From NCBI GenBank assembly GCA_964016885.1, contig OZ024742.1, positions 167,338,001 to 167,402,000 of the forward strand: DNA of 64,000 bases. The letters are read 5' to 3'. Positions 11,301 to 25,270 of the stretch are shown here, one piece after another. Origin of the DNA: Eledone cirrhosa. Taxonomy: Eukaryota. The first letter of the stretch is position 1. Each line of letters starts with the position of its first letter. Under the pieces are notes generated by a model. That model searched no databases. It saw only the letters and a list, made by a program, of their open reading frames with translations, and had not been told where the DNA came from. A program made the translations under genes and the position numbers.

Positions 11301-12699
11301 ATCAGGGGGAGATAATTTGTAAAAAAAAATCAGGGGGAGATAATTTGTAAAAAAAATCAAGGGGAGATAATTTCCAGCCGTCCAAGGGGAGATAATTTTC
11401 AGCCGTCCAAGGGGAGATAATTTCCAGCCGTCCAAGGGGAGATAATTTCCATCCTTCCAAGGGGAGATAATTTCCAGCCTTCCAAGGGGAGATAATTTTC
11501 AGCCGTCCAAGGGGAGATAATTTCCCGCCAGCCAAGGGAAGATAATATTTTAAAAAATCAGGCGGAGATAATTTGTAAAAAAAATCAGGGGGAGATAATT
11601 TGTAAAAAAATCAGGGGGAGATAATTTGTAAAAAAAAAATCAGGGGGAGATAATTTGTAAAAAAAATCAGGGGGAGATAATTTGTAAAAAAAAATCAGGG
11701 GTAGATAATTTGTAAAAAAAAATCAGGGGGAGATAATTTGTAAAAAAAAAATCAGGGGGAGATAATTTGTAAAAAAAATCAAGGGGAGATAATTTCCAGC
11801 CGTCCAAGGAGAGATAATTTTTAAAAAAAATCAGGCGGAGATAATTTGTAAAAAAAAATCAGGGGGAGATAATTTCCAGCCGTCGAAGGGAAGATAATTT
11901 CCAGCCCTCCAAGGGGCTATAATTTCCAGCGTCCAAGGGGAGATAATTTCCAGCCAGCGAAGGGGAGATAATTTTTTTAAAAAAATCATTGGGAGATTTG
12001 TAAAAAAAATCAGGGGGAGATAATTTGTAAAAAAAATCAAGGGGAGATAATTTCCAGCCGTCCAAGGGGAGGTAATATCTAGCCGTCCAAGGGGAGATAA
12101 TTTCCAGCCGTCCAAGGGGAGATAATTTCCAGCCGTCCAAGGGTAGATAATATCCAGCCGTCCAAGTAGACATTTTCCAGCCGTCCAAGGAGAGGTAATT
12201 TCTAGCCGTCCAAGGGGAGATAAATTCCAGCCTCCAAGGGGAGATAATTTCCAGCCAGCCAAGGGGAGATAATTTGTAAAAAAATCAGGGGGAGATAATT
12301 TGTAAAAAAAATCAGGGGGAGATAATTTGTAAAAAAAAATCAGGGGGAGATAATTTGTAAAAAAAAATCAGGGGGAGATAATTTGTAAAAAAAAATCAGG
12401 GGGAGATAATTTGTAAAAAAATCAAGGGGAGATAATTTCCAGCCGTCCAAGGGGAGATAATTTTCAGCCGTCCAAGGGGAGATAATTTCCAGCCGTCCAA
12501 GGGGAGATAATTTCCATCCTTCCAAGGGGAGATAATTTGTAAAAAAAAATCAGGGGGAGATAATTTGTAAAAAAAAATCAAGGGGAGATAATTTCCAGCC
12601 GTCCAAGGGGAGATAATTTTCAGCCGTCCAAGGGGAGATAATTTCCCGCCAGCCAAGGGAAGATAATATTTAAAAAAATCAGGCGGAGATAATTTGTAA

Positions 12700-15600
12700 T
12701 AAAAATCAGGGGGAGATAATTTGTAAAAAAATCAGGGGGAGATAATTTGTAAAAAAAAAATCAGGGGGAGATAATTTGTAAAAAAAATCAGGAGGAGATA
12801 ATTTGTAAAAAAAAATCAGGGGTAGATAATTTGTAAAAAAAAATCAGGGGGAGATAATTTGTAAAAAAAAATCAGGGGGAGATAATTTGTAAAAAAAATC
12901 AAGGGGAGATAATTTCCAGCCGTCCAAGGAGAGATAATTTAAAAAAAAAATCAGGCGGAGATAATTTGTAAAAAAAAATCAAGGGGAGATAATTTGTAAA
13001 AAAAAATCAGGGGGAGATAATTTGTAAAAAAAATCAAGGGGAGATAATTTCCAGCCGTCCAAGGGAAGATAATTTCCAGCACTCCAAGGGGCTATAATTT
13101 CCAGTGTCCAAGGGGAGATAATTTCCAGCCAGCGAAGGGGAGATAATTTTTTTAAAAAAATCAGGGGGAGATATGTAAAAAAAATCAGAGGGAGATAATT
13201 TCTAAAAAAAATCAAAGGGAGATAATTTCCAGCCGTCCAAAGAGAGATAATTTCTAGCCGTCCAAGGGGAGATAATTTCCAGCCAAGGGGAGATAATTTC
13301 CAGCCGTCCAAAGGGGAGATAATTTTTTAAAAAATCAGGTGGAGATAATTTGTAAAAAAAATCAGGGGGAGATAATTTGTAAAAACAAAATCAAGGGCAG
13401 ATAATTTCCAGCTGTCCAAGGGGAGATAATTTCCAGCCGTGCAAGGGGAGATAATTTCCAGCCGTCCAAGGGGAGATAATTTCCATCCTTCCAAGGGGAG
13501 ATAATCTCCAGCCGTCCAAGGGGAGATAATTTCCCGCCAGCCAAGGGAAGATAATTTTTAAAAAAATCAGGCGGAGATTGTAAAAAAAATCAGGGGGAGA
13601 TAATTTGTAAAAAAATCAGGGGGAGATAATTTGTAAAAAAAAAATCAGGGGAGATAATTTGTAAAAAAAAATCAGGGGGAGATAATTTGTAAAAAAACAA
13701 ATCAGGGGGAGATAATTTGTAAAAAATAATCAGGGGTAGATAATTTGTAAAAAAAAATCAGGGGGAGATAATTTGTAAAAAAAAATCAGGGGGAGATAAT
13801 TTGTAAAAAAATCAAGGGGAGATAATATGCAGCCGTCCAAGGGGAGATAATTTTCAGCCGTCCAAGGAGAGGTAATTTCTAGCCGTCCAAGGGGAGATAA
13901 TTTCCAGCCGTCCAAGGGGAGATAATTTCAAGCCGTCCAAGGGGAGATAGTTTTTTTAAAAAAATCAGGCGGAGATAATTTGTAAAAAAAAAATCAGGGG
14001 GAGATAATTTGTAAAAAAAAATCAGGGGGAGATAATTTGTAAAAAAAATCAGGGGGAGATAATTTGTAAAAAAAATCAAGGGGAGATAATTTCCAGCCGT
14101 CCAAGGGAAGATAATTTCAAGCCCTCCAAGGGGCTATAATTTCCAGTGTCCAAGGGGAGATAATTTCCAGCCAGCGAAGGGGAGATATTTTTTTTTTAAA
14201 AATCAGGGGGAGATTTGTAAAAAAAATCAGGGGGAGATAATTTGCAAAAAAAATCAAAGTGAGATAATTTCCAGCCGTCCAAAGAGAGATAATTTCTAGC
14301 CGTCCAAGGGGAGATAATTTCGAGCCAAGGGGAGATAATTTCCAGCCGTCCAAGGGGAGATAATTTTTTAAAAAATCAGGTGGAGATAATTTGTAAAAAA
14401 AATCAGGGGGAGATAATTTGTAAAAACAAAATCAAGGGCAGATAATTTCCAGCTGTCCAAGGGGAGATAATTTCCAGCCGTGCAAGGGGAGATAATTTCC
14501 AGCCGTCCAAAGGGAGATAATTTCCATCCTTCCAAGGGGAGATAATTTCCAGCCGTCCAAGGGGAGATAATTTCCCGCCAGCCAAGAGAAGATAATTTTT
14601 TAAAAAATCAGGCGGAGATTGTAAAAAAAATCAGCGGGAGATAATTTGTAAAAAAATCAGGGGGAGATAATTTGTAAAAAAATCAAGGGGAGATAATTTC
14701 CAGCTCTCCAAGGGGAGGTAATATCTAGCCGTCCAAGGGGAGATAATTTCCAGCCGTCCAAGGGGAGATAATTTCCAGCCGTCCAAGGGTAGATAATATC
14801 CAGCCGTCCAAGGAGACATATTTTCCAGCCGTCCAAGGAGAGGTAATTTCTAGCCGTCCAAGTGGAGATAAATTCCAGCCTCCAAGGGGAGATAATTTCC
14901 AGCCAGCCAAGGGGAGATAATTTGTAAAAAAATCAGGGGGAGATAATTTGTAAAAAAAATCAGGGGGAGATAATTTGTACAAAAAATCAGGGGTAGATAA
15001 TTTGTAAAAAAAAATCAGGGGGAGATAATTTGTAAAAAAAATCAAGGGGAGATAATTTGCAGCCGTCCAAGGGGAGATAATTTTCAGCCGTCCAAGGAGA
15101 GGTAATTTCTAGCCGTCCAAGGTGAGATAATATCCAGCCGTCCAAGGGGAGATAATTTCCAGCCGTCCAAGGGGAGATAATTTTTAAAAAAAAACAGGCG
15201 GAGATAATTTGTAAAAAAAAAATCAGGGTGAGATAATTTGTAAAAAAAAATCAGGGGGAGATAATTTGTAAAAAAAAATCAGGGGGAGGTAATTTATAAA
15301 AAAAATCAAGGGGAGATAATTTCCAGCCGTCCAAGGGAAGATAATTTCCAGCCCTCCAAGGGGCTATAATTTCCAGCGTCCAAGGGGAGATAATTTCCAG
15401 CCAGCGAAGGGGAGATAATTTTTTTTTTTTTAAATCAGGGGGACATAATTTGTAAAAAAAATAAGGGGGAGATAATCTGTAAAAAAAATCAAGGGGAGAT
15501 AATTTGTAAAAAAATCAGGGGGAGATAATTTGTAAAAAAAAATCAGGGGGAGATAATTTGTAAAAAAAATCAAGGGGAGATAATTTGTAAAAAAAATCAA

Positions 15601-18600
15601 GGGGAGATAATTTCCAGCCGTCCAAGGGGAGATAATTTTCAGCCGTCCAAGGGGAGATAATTTCCCGCCAGCCAAGGGAAGATAATATTTAAAAAAATCA
15701 GGCGGAGATAATTTGTAAAAAAAATCAGGGGGAGATAATTTGTAAAAAAATCAGGGGGAGATAATTTGTAAAAAAAAAATCAGGGGGAGATTTGTAAAAA
15801 AAATCAGGGGGAGATAATTTGTAAAAAAAAATCAGGGGTAGATAATTTGTAAAAAAAAATCAGGGGGAGATAATTTGTAAAAAAAAATCAGGGGGAGATA
15901 ATTTGTAAAAAAAATCAATTGGAGATAATTTCCAGCCGTCCAAGGGGAGATAATTTTCAGCCGTCCAAGGAGAGGTAATTTCTAGACGTCCAAGGGGAGA
16001 TAATTTCCAGCCGTCCAATGGGAGATAATTTCCAGCCGTCCAAGGGGAGATAATTTTTAAAAAAAAATCAGGCGGAGATAATTTGTAAAAAAAATCTAGG
16101 GGAGATAATTTGCAGCCGTCCAAGGGGAGATAATTTTCAGTCGTCCAAGGAGAGGTAATTTCTAGCCGTCCAAGGGGAGATAATTTCCAGCCGTCAAAGG
16201 GGAGATAATTTCCAGCCGTCCAAGGGGAGATAATTTTTTTAAAAAAATCAGGCGGAGATAATTTGTAAAAAAAATCAGGGGGAGATAATTTGTAAAAAAA
16301 AATCAGGGGGAGATAATTTGTAAAAAAAAATCAGGGGGAGATAATTTGTAAAAAAAATCAAGGAGAGATAATTTCCAGCCGTCCAAGGGAAGATAATTTC
16401 AAGCCCTCCAAGGGGCTATAATTTCCAGTGTCCAAGGGGAGATAATTTCCAGCCAGCGAAGGGGAGATAATTTTTTTTTAAAAATCAGGGGGAGATTTGT
16501 AAAAAAAATCAAGGGGAGATAATTTGTAAAAAAATCAGGGGGAGATAATTTGTAAAAAAAAAATCAGGGGGAGATAATTTGTAAAAAAAATCAGGGGGAG
16601 ATAATTTGTAAAAAAAAATCAGGGGTAGATAATTTGTAAAAAAAAATCAGGGGGAGATAATTTGTAAAAAAAAATCAGGGGGAGATAATTTGTAAAAAAA
16701 ATCAAGGGGAGATAATTTCCAGCCGTCCAAGGAGAGATAATTTTAAAAAAAAATCAGGCGGAGATAATTTGTAAAAAAAAATCAAGGGGAGATAATTTGT
16801 AAAAAAAAATCAGGGGGAGATAATTTGTAAAAAAAATCAAGGGGAGATAATTTCCAGCCGTCCAAGGGAAGATAATTTCAAGCCCTCCAGGGGGCTATAA
16901 TTTCCAGTGTCCAAGGGGAGATAATTTCCAGCCAGCGAAGGGGAGATAATTTTTTTTAAAAAATCAGGGGGAGATATGTAAAAAAAATCAGAGGGAGATA
17001 ATTTCTAAAAAAAATCAAAGGGAGATAATTTCCAGCCGTCCAAAGAGAGATAATTTCTAGCCGTCCAAGGGGAGATAATTTTCAGCCAAGGGGAGATAAT
17101 TTCCAGCCGTCCAAAGGGGAGATAATTTTTTAAAAAATCAGGTGGAGATAATTTGTAAAAAAAATCAGGGGGAGATAATTTGTAAAAACAAAATCAAGGG
17201 CAGATAATTTCCAGCTGTCCAAGGGGAGATAATTTCCAGCCGTGCAAGGGGAGATAATTTCCAGCCGTCCAAGGGGAGATAATTTCCATCCTTCCAAGGG
17301 GAGATAATCTCCAGCCGTCCAAGGGGAGATAATTTCCCGCCAGCCAAGGGAAGATAATTTTTAAAAAAATCAGGCGGAGATTGTAAAAAAAATCAGGGGG
17401 AGATAATTTGTAAAAAAATCAGGGGGAGATAATTTGTAAAAAAAAAATCAGGGGAGATAATTTGTAAAAAAAAATCAGGGGGAGATAATTTGTAAAAAAA
17501 AAATCAGGGGGAGATAATTTGTAAAAAATAATCAGGGGTAGATAATTTGTAAAAAAAAATCAGGGGGAGATAATTTGTAAAAAAAAATCAGGGGGAGATA
17601 ATTTGTAAAAAAATCAAGGGGAGATAATATGCAGCCGTCCAAGGGGAGATAATTTTCAGCCGTCCAAGGAGAGGTAATTTCTAGCCGTCCAAGGGGAGAT
17701 AATTTCCAGCCGTCCAAGGGGAGATAATTTCAAGCCGTCCAAGGGGAGATAGTTTTTTTAAAAAAATCAGGCGGAGATAATTTGTAAAAAAAAAATCAGG
17801 GGGAGATAATTTGTAAAAAAAAATCAGGGGGAGATAATTTGTAAAAAAAATCAGGGGGAGATAATTTGTAAAAAAAATCAAGGGGAGATAATTTCCAGCC
17901 GTCCAAGGGAAGATAATTTCAAGCCCTCCAAGGGGCTATAATTTCCAGTGTCCAAGGGGAGATAATTTCCAGCCAGCGAAGGGGATATTTTTTTTTTAAA
18001 AATCAGGGGGAGATTTGTAAAAAAAATCAGGGGGAGATAATTTGCAAAAAAAATCAAAGGGAGATAATTTCCAGCCGTCCAAAGAGAGATAATTTCTAGC
18101 CGTCCAAGGGGAGATAATTTCGAGCCAAGGGGAGATAATTTCCAGCCGTCCAAGGGGAGATAATTTTTTAAAAAATCAGGTGGAGATAATTTGTAAAAAA
18201 AATCAGGGGGAGATAATTTGTAAAAACAAAATCAAGGGCAGATAATTTCCAGCTGTCCAAGGGGAGATAATTTCCAGCCGTGCAAGGGGAGATAATTTCC
18301 AGCCGTCCAAAGGGAGATAATTTCCATCCTTCCAAGGGGAGATAATTTCCAGCCGTCCAAGGGGAGATAATTTCCCGCCAGCCAAGAGAAGATAATTTTT
18401 TAAAAAATCAGGCGGAGATTGTAAAAAAAATCAGCGGGAGATAATTTGTAAAAAAATCAGGGGGAGATAATTTGTAAAAAAATCAAGGGGAGATAATTTC
18501 CAGCTCTCCAAGGGGAGGTAATATCTAGCCGTCCAAGGGGAGATAATTTCCAGCCGTCCAAGGGGAGATAATTTCCAGCCGTCCAAGGGTAGATAATATC

Positions 18601-20750
18601 CAGCCGTCCAAGGAGACATATTTTCCAGCCGTCCAAGGAGAGGTAATTTCTAGCCGTCCAAGTGGAGATAAATTCCAGCCTCCAAGGGGAGATAATTTCC
18701 AGCCAGCCAAGGGGAGATAATTTGTAAAAAAATCAGAGGGAGATAATTTGTAAAAAAAATCAGGGGGAGATAATTTGTACAAAAAATCAGGGGTAGATAA
18801 TTTGTAAAAAAAAATCAGGGGGAGATAATTTGTAAAAAAAATCAAGGGGAGATAATTTGCAGCCGTCCAAGGGGAGATAATTTTCAGCCGTCCAAGGAGA
18901 GGTAATTTCTAGCCGTCCAAGGTGAGATAATATCCAGCCGTCCAAGGGGAGATAATTTCCAGCCGTCCAAGGGGAGATAATTTTTAAAAAAAAACAGGCG
19001 GAGATAATTTGTAAAAAAAAAATCAGGGTGAGATAATTTGTAAAAAAAAATCAGGGGGAGATAATTTGTAAAAAAAAATCAGGGGGAGGTAATTTATAAA
19101 AAAAATCAAGGGGAGATAATTTCCAGCCGTCCAAGGGAAGATAATTTCCAGCCCTCCAAGGGGCTATAATTTCCAGCGTCCAAGGGGAGATAATTTCCAG
19201 CCAGCGAAGGGGAGATAATTTTTTTTTTTTTAAATCAGGGGGACATAATTTGTAAAAAAAATAAGGGGGAGATAATCTGTAAAAAAAATCAAGGGGAGAT
19301 AATTTGTAAAAAAATCAGGGGGAGATAATTTGTAAAAAAAAATCAGGGGGAGATAATTTGTAAAAAAATCAAGGGGAGATAATTTGTAAAAAAAATCAAG
19401 GGGAGATAATTTCCAGCCGTCCAAGGGGAGATAATTTTCAGCCGTCCAAGGGGAGATAATTTCCCGCCAGCCAAGGGAAGATAATATTTAAAAAAATCAG
19501 GCGGAGATAATTTGTAAAAAAAATCAGGGGGAGATAATTTGTAAAAAAATCAGGGGGAGATAATTTGTAAAAAAAAAATCAGGGGGAGATTTGTAAAAAA
19601 AATCAGGGGGAGATAATTTGTAAAAAAAAATCAGGGGTAGATAATTTGTAAAAAAAAATCAGGGGGAGATAATTTGTAAAAAAAAATCAGGGGGAGATAA
19701 TTTGTAAAAAAAATCAATTGGAGATAATTTCCAGCCGTCCAAGGGGAGATAATTTTCAGCCGTCCAAGGAGAGGTAATTTCTAGACGTCCAAGGGGAGAT
19801 AATTTCCAGCCGTCCAATGGGAGATAATTTCCAGCCGTCCAAGGGGAGATAATTTTTTTAAAAAAATCAGGCGGAGATAATTTGTAAAAAAAATCTAGGG
19901 GAGATAATTTGCAGCCGTCCAAGGGGAGATAATTTTCAGTCGTCCAAGGAGAGGTAATTTCTAGCCGTCCAAGGGGAGATAATTTCCAGCCGTCAAAGGG
20001 GAGATAATTTCCAGCCGTCCAAGGGGAGATAATTTTTTTTAAAAAATCAGGCGGAGATAATTTGTAAAAAAAATCAGGGGGAGATAATTTGTAAAAAAAA
20101 ATCAGGGGGAGATAATTTGTAAAAAAAAATCAGGGGGAGATAATTTGTAAAAAAAATCAAGGAGAGATAATTTCCAGCCGTCCAAGGGAAGATAATTTCA
20201 AGCCCTCCAAGGGGCTATAATTTCCAGTGTCCAAGGGGAGATAATTTCCAGCCAGCGAAGGGGAGATAATTTTTTTTTAAAAATCAGGGGGAGATTTGTA
20301 AAAAAAATCAAGGGGAGATAATTTGTAAAAAAATCAGGGGGAGATAATTTGTAAAAAAAAAATCAGGGGGAGATAATTTGTAAAAAAAATCAGGGGGAGA
20401 TAATTTGTAAAAAAAAATCAGGGGTAGATAATTTGTAAAAAAAAATCAGGGGGAGATAATTTGTAAAAAAAAAATCAGGGGGAGATAATTTGTAAAAAAA
20501 ATCAAGGGGAGATAATTTCCAGCCGTCCAAGGAGAGATAATTTTTAAAAAAAATCAGGCGGAGATAATTTGTAAAAAAAAATCAAGGGGAGATAATTTGT
20601 AAAAAAAAATCAGGGGGAGATAATTTGTAAAAAAAATCAAGGGGAGATAATTTCCAGCCGTCCAAGGGAAGATAATTTCAAGCCCTCCAAGGGGCTATAA
20701 TTTCCAGTGTCCAAGGGGAGATAATTTCCAGCCAGCGAAGGGGAGATAAT
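12700..20750 (+). repeat. Higher-order tandem duplication, period about 3.80 kb
   Basis: ORF-track offsets 14403->18203, 14631->18431 and 14725->18525 are 3800, and 15860->19659 is 3799. Shared rare variants: TCAGCGGGAG (14631/18431), CAGCTCTCC (14701/18501), CCGTCCAATG (~16011/~19810). Boundaries are approximate. Confidence 0.9.
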
Positions 20751-21499
20751 TTTTTTAAAAAAATCAGGGGGAGATATGTAAAAAAAATCAGAGATAATTT
20801 CTAAAAAAAATCAAAGGGAGATAATTTCCAGCCGTCCAAAGTGAGATAATTTCTAGCCGTCCAAGGGGAGATAATTTCCAGCCAAGGGGAGATAATTTCC
20901 AGCCGTCCAAGGGGAGATAATTATTTAAAAAATCAGGGGGAGATAATTTGTAAAAACAAAATCAAGGGCAGATAATTTCCAGCTGTCCAAGGGGAGATAA
21001 TTTCCAGCCGTGCAAGGGGAGATAATTTCCAGCCGTCCAAGGGGAGATAATTTCCATCCTTCCAAGGGGAGATAATTTCCAGCCGTCCAAGGGGAGATAA
21101 TTTCCCGCCAGCCAAGGGAAGATAATTTTTTAAAAAATCAGGCGGAGATTGTAAAAAAAATCAGGGGGAGATAATTTGTAAAAAAATCAGGGGGAGATAA
21201 TTTGTAAAAAAAAAATCAGGGGAGATAATTTGTAAAAAAAAATCAGGGGGAGATAATTTGTAAAAAAAAAATCAGGGGGAGATAATTTGTAAAAAAAATC
21301 AGGGGTAGATAATTTGTAAAAAAAAATCAGGGGGAGATAATTTGTAAAAAAAAATCAGTGGGAGATAATTTGTAAAAAAATCAAGGGGAGATAATATGCA
21401 GCCGTCCAAGGGGAGATAATTTTCAGCCGTCCAAGGAGAGTTAATTTCTAGCCGTCCAAGGGGAGATAATTTCCAGCCGTCCAAGGGGAGATAATTTCC

Positions 21500-24400
21500 A
21501 GCCGTCCAAGGGGAGATAGTTTTTTTAAAAAAATCAGGCGGAGATAATTTGTAAAAAAAAAATCAGGGGGAGATAATTTGTAAAAAAAAATCAGGGGGAG
21601 ATAATTTGTAAAAAAAAATCAAGGGGAGATAATTTGTTAAAAAAATCAGGGGGAGATAATTAGTAAAAAAATCAAGGGGAGATAATTTCCAGCCGTCCAA
21701 GGGGAGGTAATATCTAGCCGTCCAAGGGGAGATAATTTCCAGCCGTCCAAGGGTAGATAATATCCAGCCGTCCAAGTAGACATATTTTCCAGCCGTCCAA
21801 GGAGAGGTAATTTCTAGCCGTCCAAGGGGAGATAAATTCTAGCCTCCAAGGGGAGATAATTTCCAGCAAGCCAAGGGGAGATAATTTGTAAAAAAATCAG
21901 GGGGAGATAATTTGTAAAAAAAATCAGGGGGAGATAATTTGTAAAAAAAAATCAGGGGGAGATAATTTGTAAAAAAAATCAGGGGGAGATAATTTGTAAA
22001 AAAAAATCAGGGGGAGATAATTTGTAAAAAAAAATCAGGGGGAGATAATTTGTAAAAAAAAATCAGGGGGAGATAATTTGTAAAAAAAATCAAGGGGAGA
22101 TAATTTCCAGCCGTCCAAGGGGAGATAATTTCCAGCCGTCCAAGGGGAGGTAATATCTAGCCGTCCAAGGGGAGATAATTTCCAGCCGTCCAAGAGGAGA
22201 TAATTTCCAGCCGTCCAAGGGAAGATAATTTCAAGCCCTCCAAGGGGCTATAATTTCCAGTGTCCAAGGGGAGATAATTTCCAGCCAGCGAAGGGGAGAT
22301 AATTTTTTTTTAAAAATCAGGGGGAGATTTGTAAAAAAAATCAGGGGGAGATAATTTGTAAAAAAAATCAAGGGGAGATAATTTCCAGCCGTCGAAGGGA
22401 AGATAATTTCCAGCCCTCCAAGGGGCTATAATTTCCAGCGTCCAAGAGGAGATAATTTCCAGCCAGCGAAGGGGAGATAATTTTTTTAAAAAAATCATTG
22501 GGAGATTTGTAAAAAAAATCAGGGAGAGATAATTTGTAAAAAAAATCAAGGGGAGATAATTTCCAGCCGTCCAAGGGGAGGTAATATCTAGCCGTCCAAG
22601 GGGAGATAATTTCCAGCCGTCCAAGGGGAGATAATTTCCAGCCGTCCAAGGGTAGATAATATCCAGCCGTCCAAGTAGACATTTTCCAGCCGTCCAAGGA
22701 GAGGTAATTTCTAGCCGTCCAAGGGGAGATAAATTCCAGCCTCCAAGGGGAGATAATTTCCAGCCAGCCAAGGGGAGATAATTTGTAAAAAAAATCATGG
22801 GGAGATAATTTGTAAAAAAAAATCAGGGGGAGATAATTTGTAAAAAAAAATCAGGGGGAGATAATTTGTAAAAAAAAATCAGGGGGAGATAATTTGTAAA
22901 AAAATCAAGGGGAGATAATTTCCAGCCGTCCAAGGGGAGATAATTTTCAGCCGTCCAAGGGGAGATAATTTCCAGCCGTCCAAGGGGAGATAATTTCCAT
23001 CCCTCCAAGGGGAGATAATTTCCAGCCGTCCAAGGGGAGATAATTTCCCGCCAACCAAGGGAAGATAATTTTTAAAAAAATCAGGCGGAGATTGTAAAAA
23101 AAATCAGGGGGAGATAATTTGTAAAAAAAAAATCAGGGGGAGATAATTTGTAAAAAAAATCAGGGGGAGATAATTTGTAAAAAAAAATCAAGGGGAGATA
23201 ATTTGTACAAAAAATCAGGGGTATATAATTTGTAAAAAAAAATCAGGGGGAGGTAATTTGTAAAAAAATTCAGGGGGAGATAATTTGTAAAAAAAATCAA
23301 GGGGAGATAATTTGCAGCCGTCCAAGGGGAGATAATTTTCAGCCGTCCAAGGAGAGGTAATTTCTAGCCGTCCAAGGTGAGATAATATCCAGCCGTCCAA
23401 GGGGAGATAATTTCCAGCCGTCCAAGGGGAGATAGTTTTTTTAAAAAAATCAGGCGGAGATAATTTGTAAAAAAAAAATCAGGGGGAGATAATTTGTAAA
23501 AAAAAATCAGGGGGAGATAATTTGTAAAAAAAAATCAAGGGGAGATAATTTGTTAAAAAAATCAGGGGGAGATAATTAGTAAAAAAATCAAGGTGAGATA
23601 ATTTCCAGCCGTCCAAGGGGAGGTAATATCTAGCCGTCCAAGGGGAGATAATTTCCAGCCGTCCAAGGGGAGATAATTTCCAGCCGTCCAAGGGTAGATA
23701 ATATCCAGCCGTCCAAGTAGACATATTTTCCAGCCGTCCAAGGAGAGGTAATTTCTAGCCGTCCAAGGGGAGATAAATTCTAGCCTCCAAGGGGAGAATA
23801 TTTCCAGCAAGCCAAGGGGAGATAATTTGTAAAAAAATCAGGGGGAGATAATTTGTAAAAAAAATCAGGGGGAGATAATTTGTAAAAAAAAATCAGGGGG
23901 AGATAATTTGTAAAAAAAAATCAGGGGGAGATAATTTGTAAAAAAAAATCAGGGGGAGATAATTTGTAAAAAAAAATCAGGGGGAGATAATTTGTAAAAA
24001 AAATCAAGGGGAGATAATTTCCAGCCGTCCAAGGGGAGATAATTTCCAGCCGTCCAAGGGGAGGTAATATCTAGCCGTCCAAGGGGCTATAATTTCCAGT
24101 GTCCAAGGGGAGATAATTTCCAGCCAGCGAAGGGGAGATAATTTTTTTTTAAAAATCAGGGGGAGATTTGTAAAAAAAATCAGGGGGAGATAATTTGTAA
24201 AAAAAATCAAGGGGAGATAATTTCCAGCCGTCGAAGGGAAGATAATTTCCAGCCCTCCAAGGGGCTATAATTTCCAGCGTCCAAGGGGAGATAATTTCCA
24301 GCCAGCGAAGGGGAGATAATTTTTTTAAAAAAATCATTGGGAGATTTGTAAAAAAAATCAGGGAGAGATAATTTGTAAAAAAAATCAAGGGGAGATAATT

Positions 24401-25270
24401 TCCAGCCGTCCAAGGGGAGGTAATATCTAGCCGTCCAAGGGGAGATAATTTCCAGCCGTCCAAGGGGAGATAATTTCCAGCCGTCCAAGGGTAGATAATA
24501 TCCAGCCGTCCAAGTAGACATTTTCCAGCCGTCCAAGGAGAGGTAATTTCTAGCCGTCCAAGGGGAGATAAATTCCAGCCTCCAAGGGGAGATAATTTCC
24601 AGCCAGCCAAGGGGAGATAATTTGTAAAAAAAATCATGGGCAGATAATTTGTAAAAAAAAATCAGGGGGAGATAATTTGTAAAAAAAAATCAGGGGGAGA
24701 TAATTTGTAAAAAAAAATCAGGGGGAGATAATTTGTAAAAAAATCAAGGGGAGATAATTTCCAGCCGTCCAAGGGGAGATAATTTTCAGCCGTCCAAGGG
24801 GAGATAATTTCCAGCCGTCCAAGGGGAGATAATTTCCATCCTTCCAAGGGGAGATAATTTCCAGCCGTCCAAGGGGAGATAATTTCCCGCCAACCAAGGG
24901 AAGATAATTTTTAAAAAAATCAGGCGGAGATTGTAAAAAAAATCAGGGGGAGATAATTTGTAAAAAAAAAATCAGGGGGAGATAATTTGTAAAAAAAATC
25001 AGGGGGAGATAATTTGTAAAAAAAAATCAAGGGGAGATAATTTGTACAAAAAATCAGGGGTATATAATTTGTAAAAAAAAATCAGGGGGAGGTAATTTGT
25101 AAAAAAAATCAGGGGGAGATAATTTGTAAAAAAAATCAAGGGGAGATAATTTGCAGCCGTCCAAGGGGAGATAATTTTCAGCCGTCCAAGGAGAGGTAAT
25201 TTCTAGCCGTCCAAGGTGAGATAATATCCAGCCGTCCAAGGGGAGATAATTTCCAGCCGTCCAAGGGGAG
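21500..25270 (+). repeat. Higher-order tandem duplication, period about 1.84-1.94 kb
   Basis: Offsets 22310->24149, 22368->24207, 22823->24662 and 23215->25054 are all 1839. Shared rare variants: CAGCAAGCC (~21864/~23805), TCATGG (~22795/~24634), CCAACCAA (~23051/~24890). Confidence 0.9.

Noticed and set aside
15405-15440. Intrinsic terminator-like T-tracts
   Set aside because: They are hinge monomers of the satellite. There is no GC-rich hairpin before the T-run and no upstream gene.
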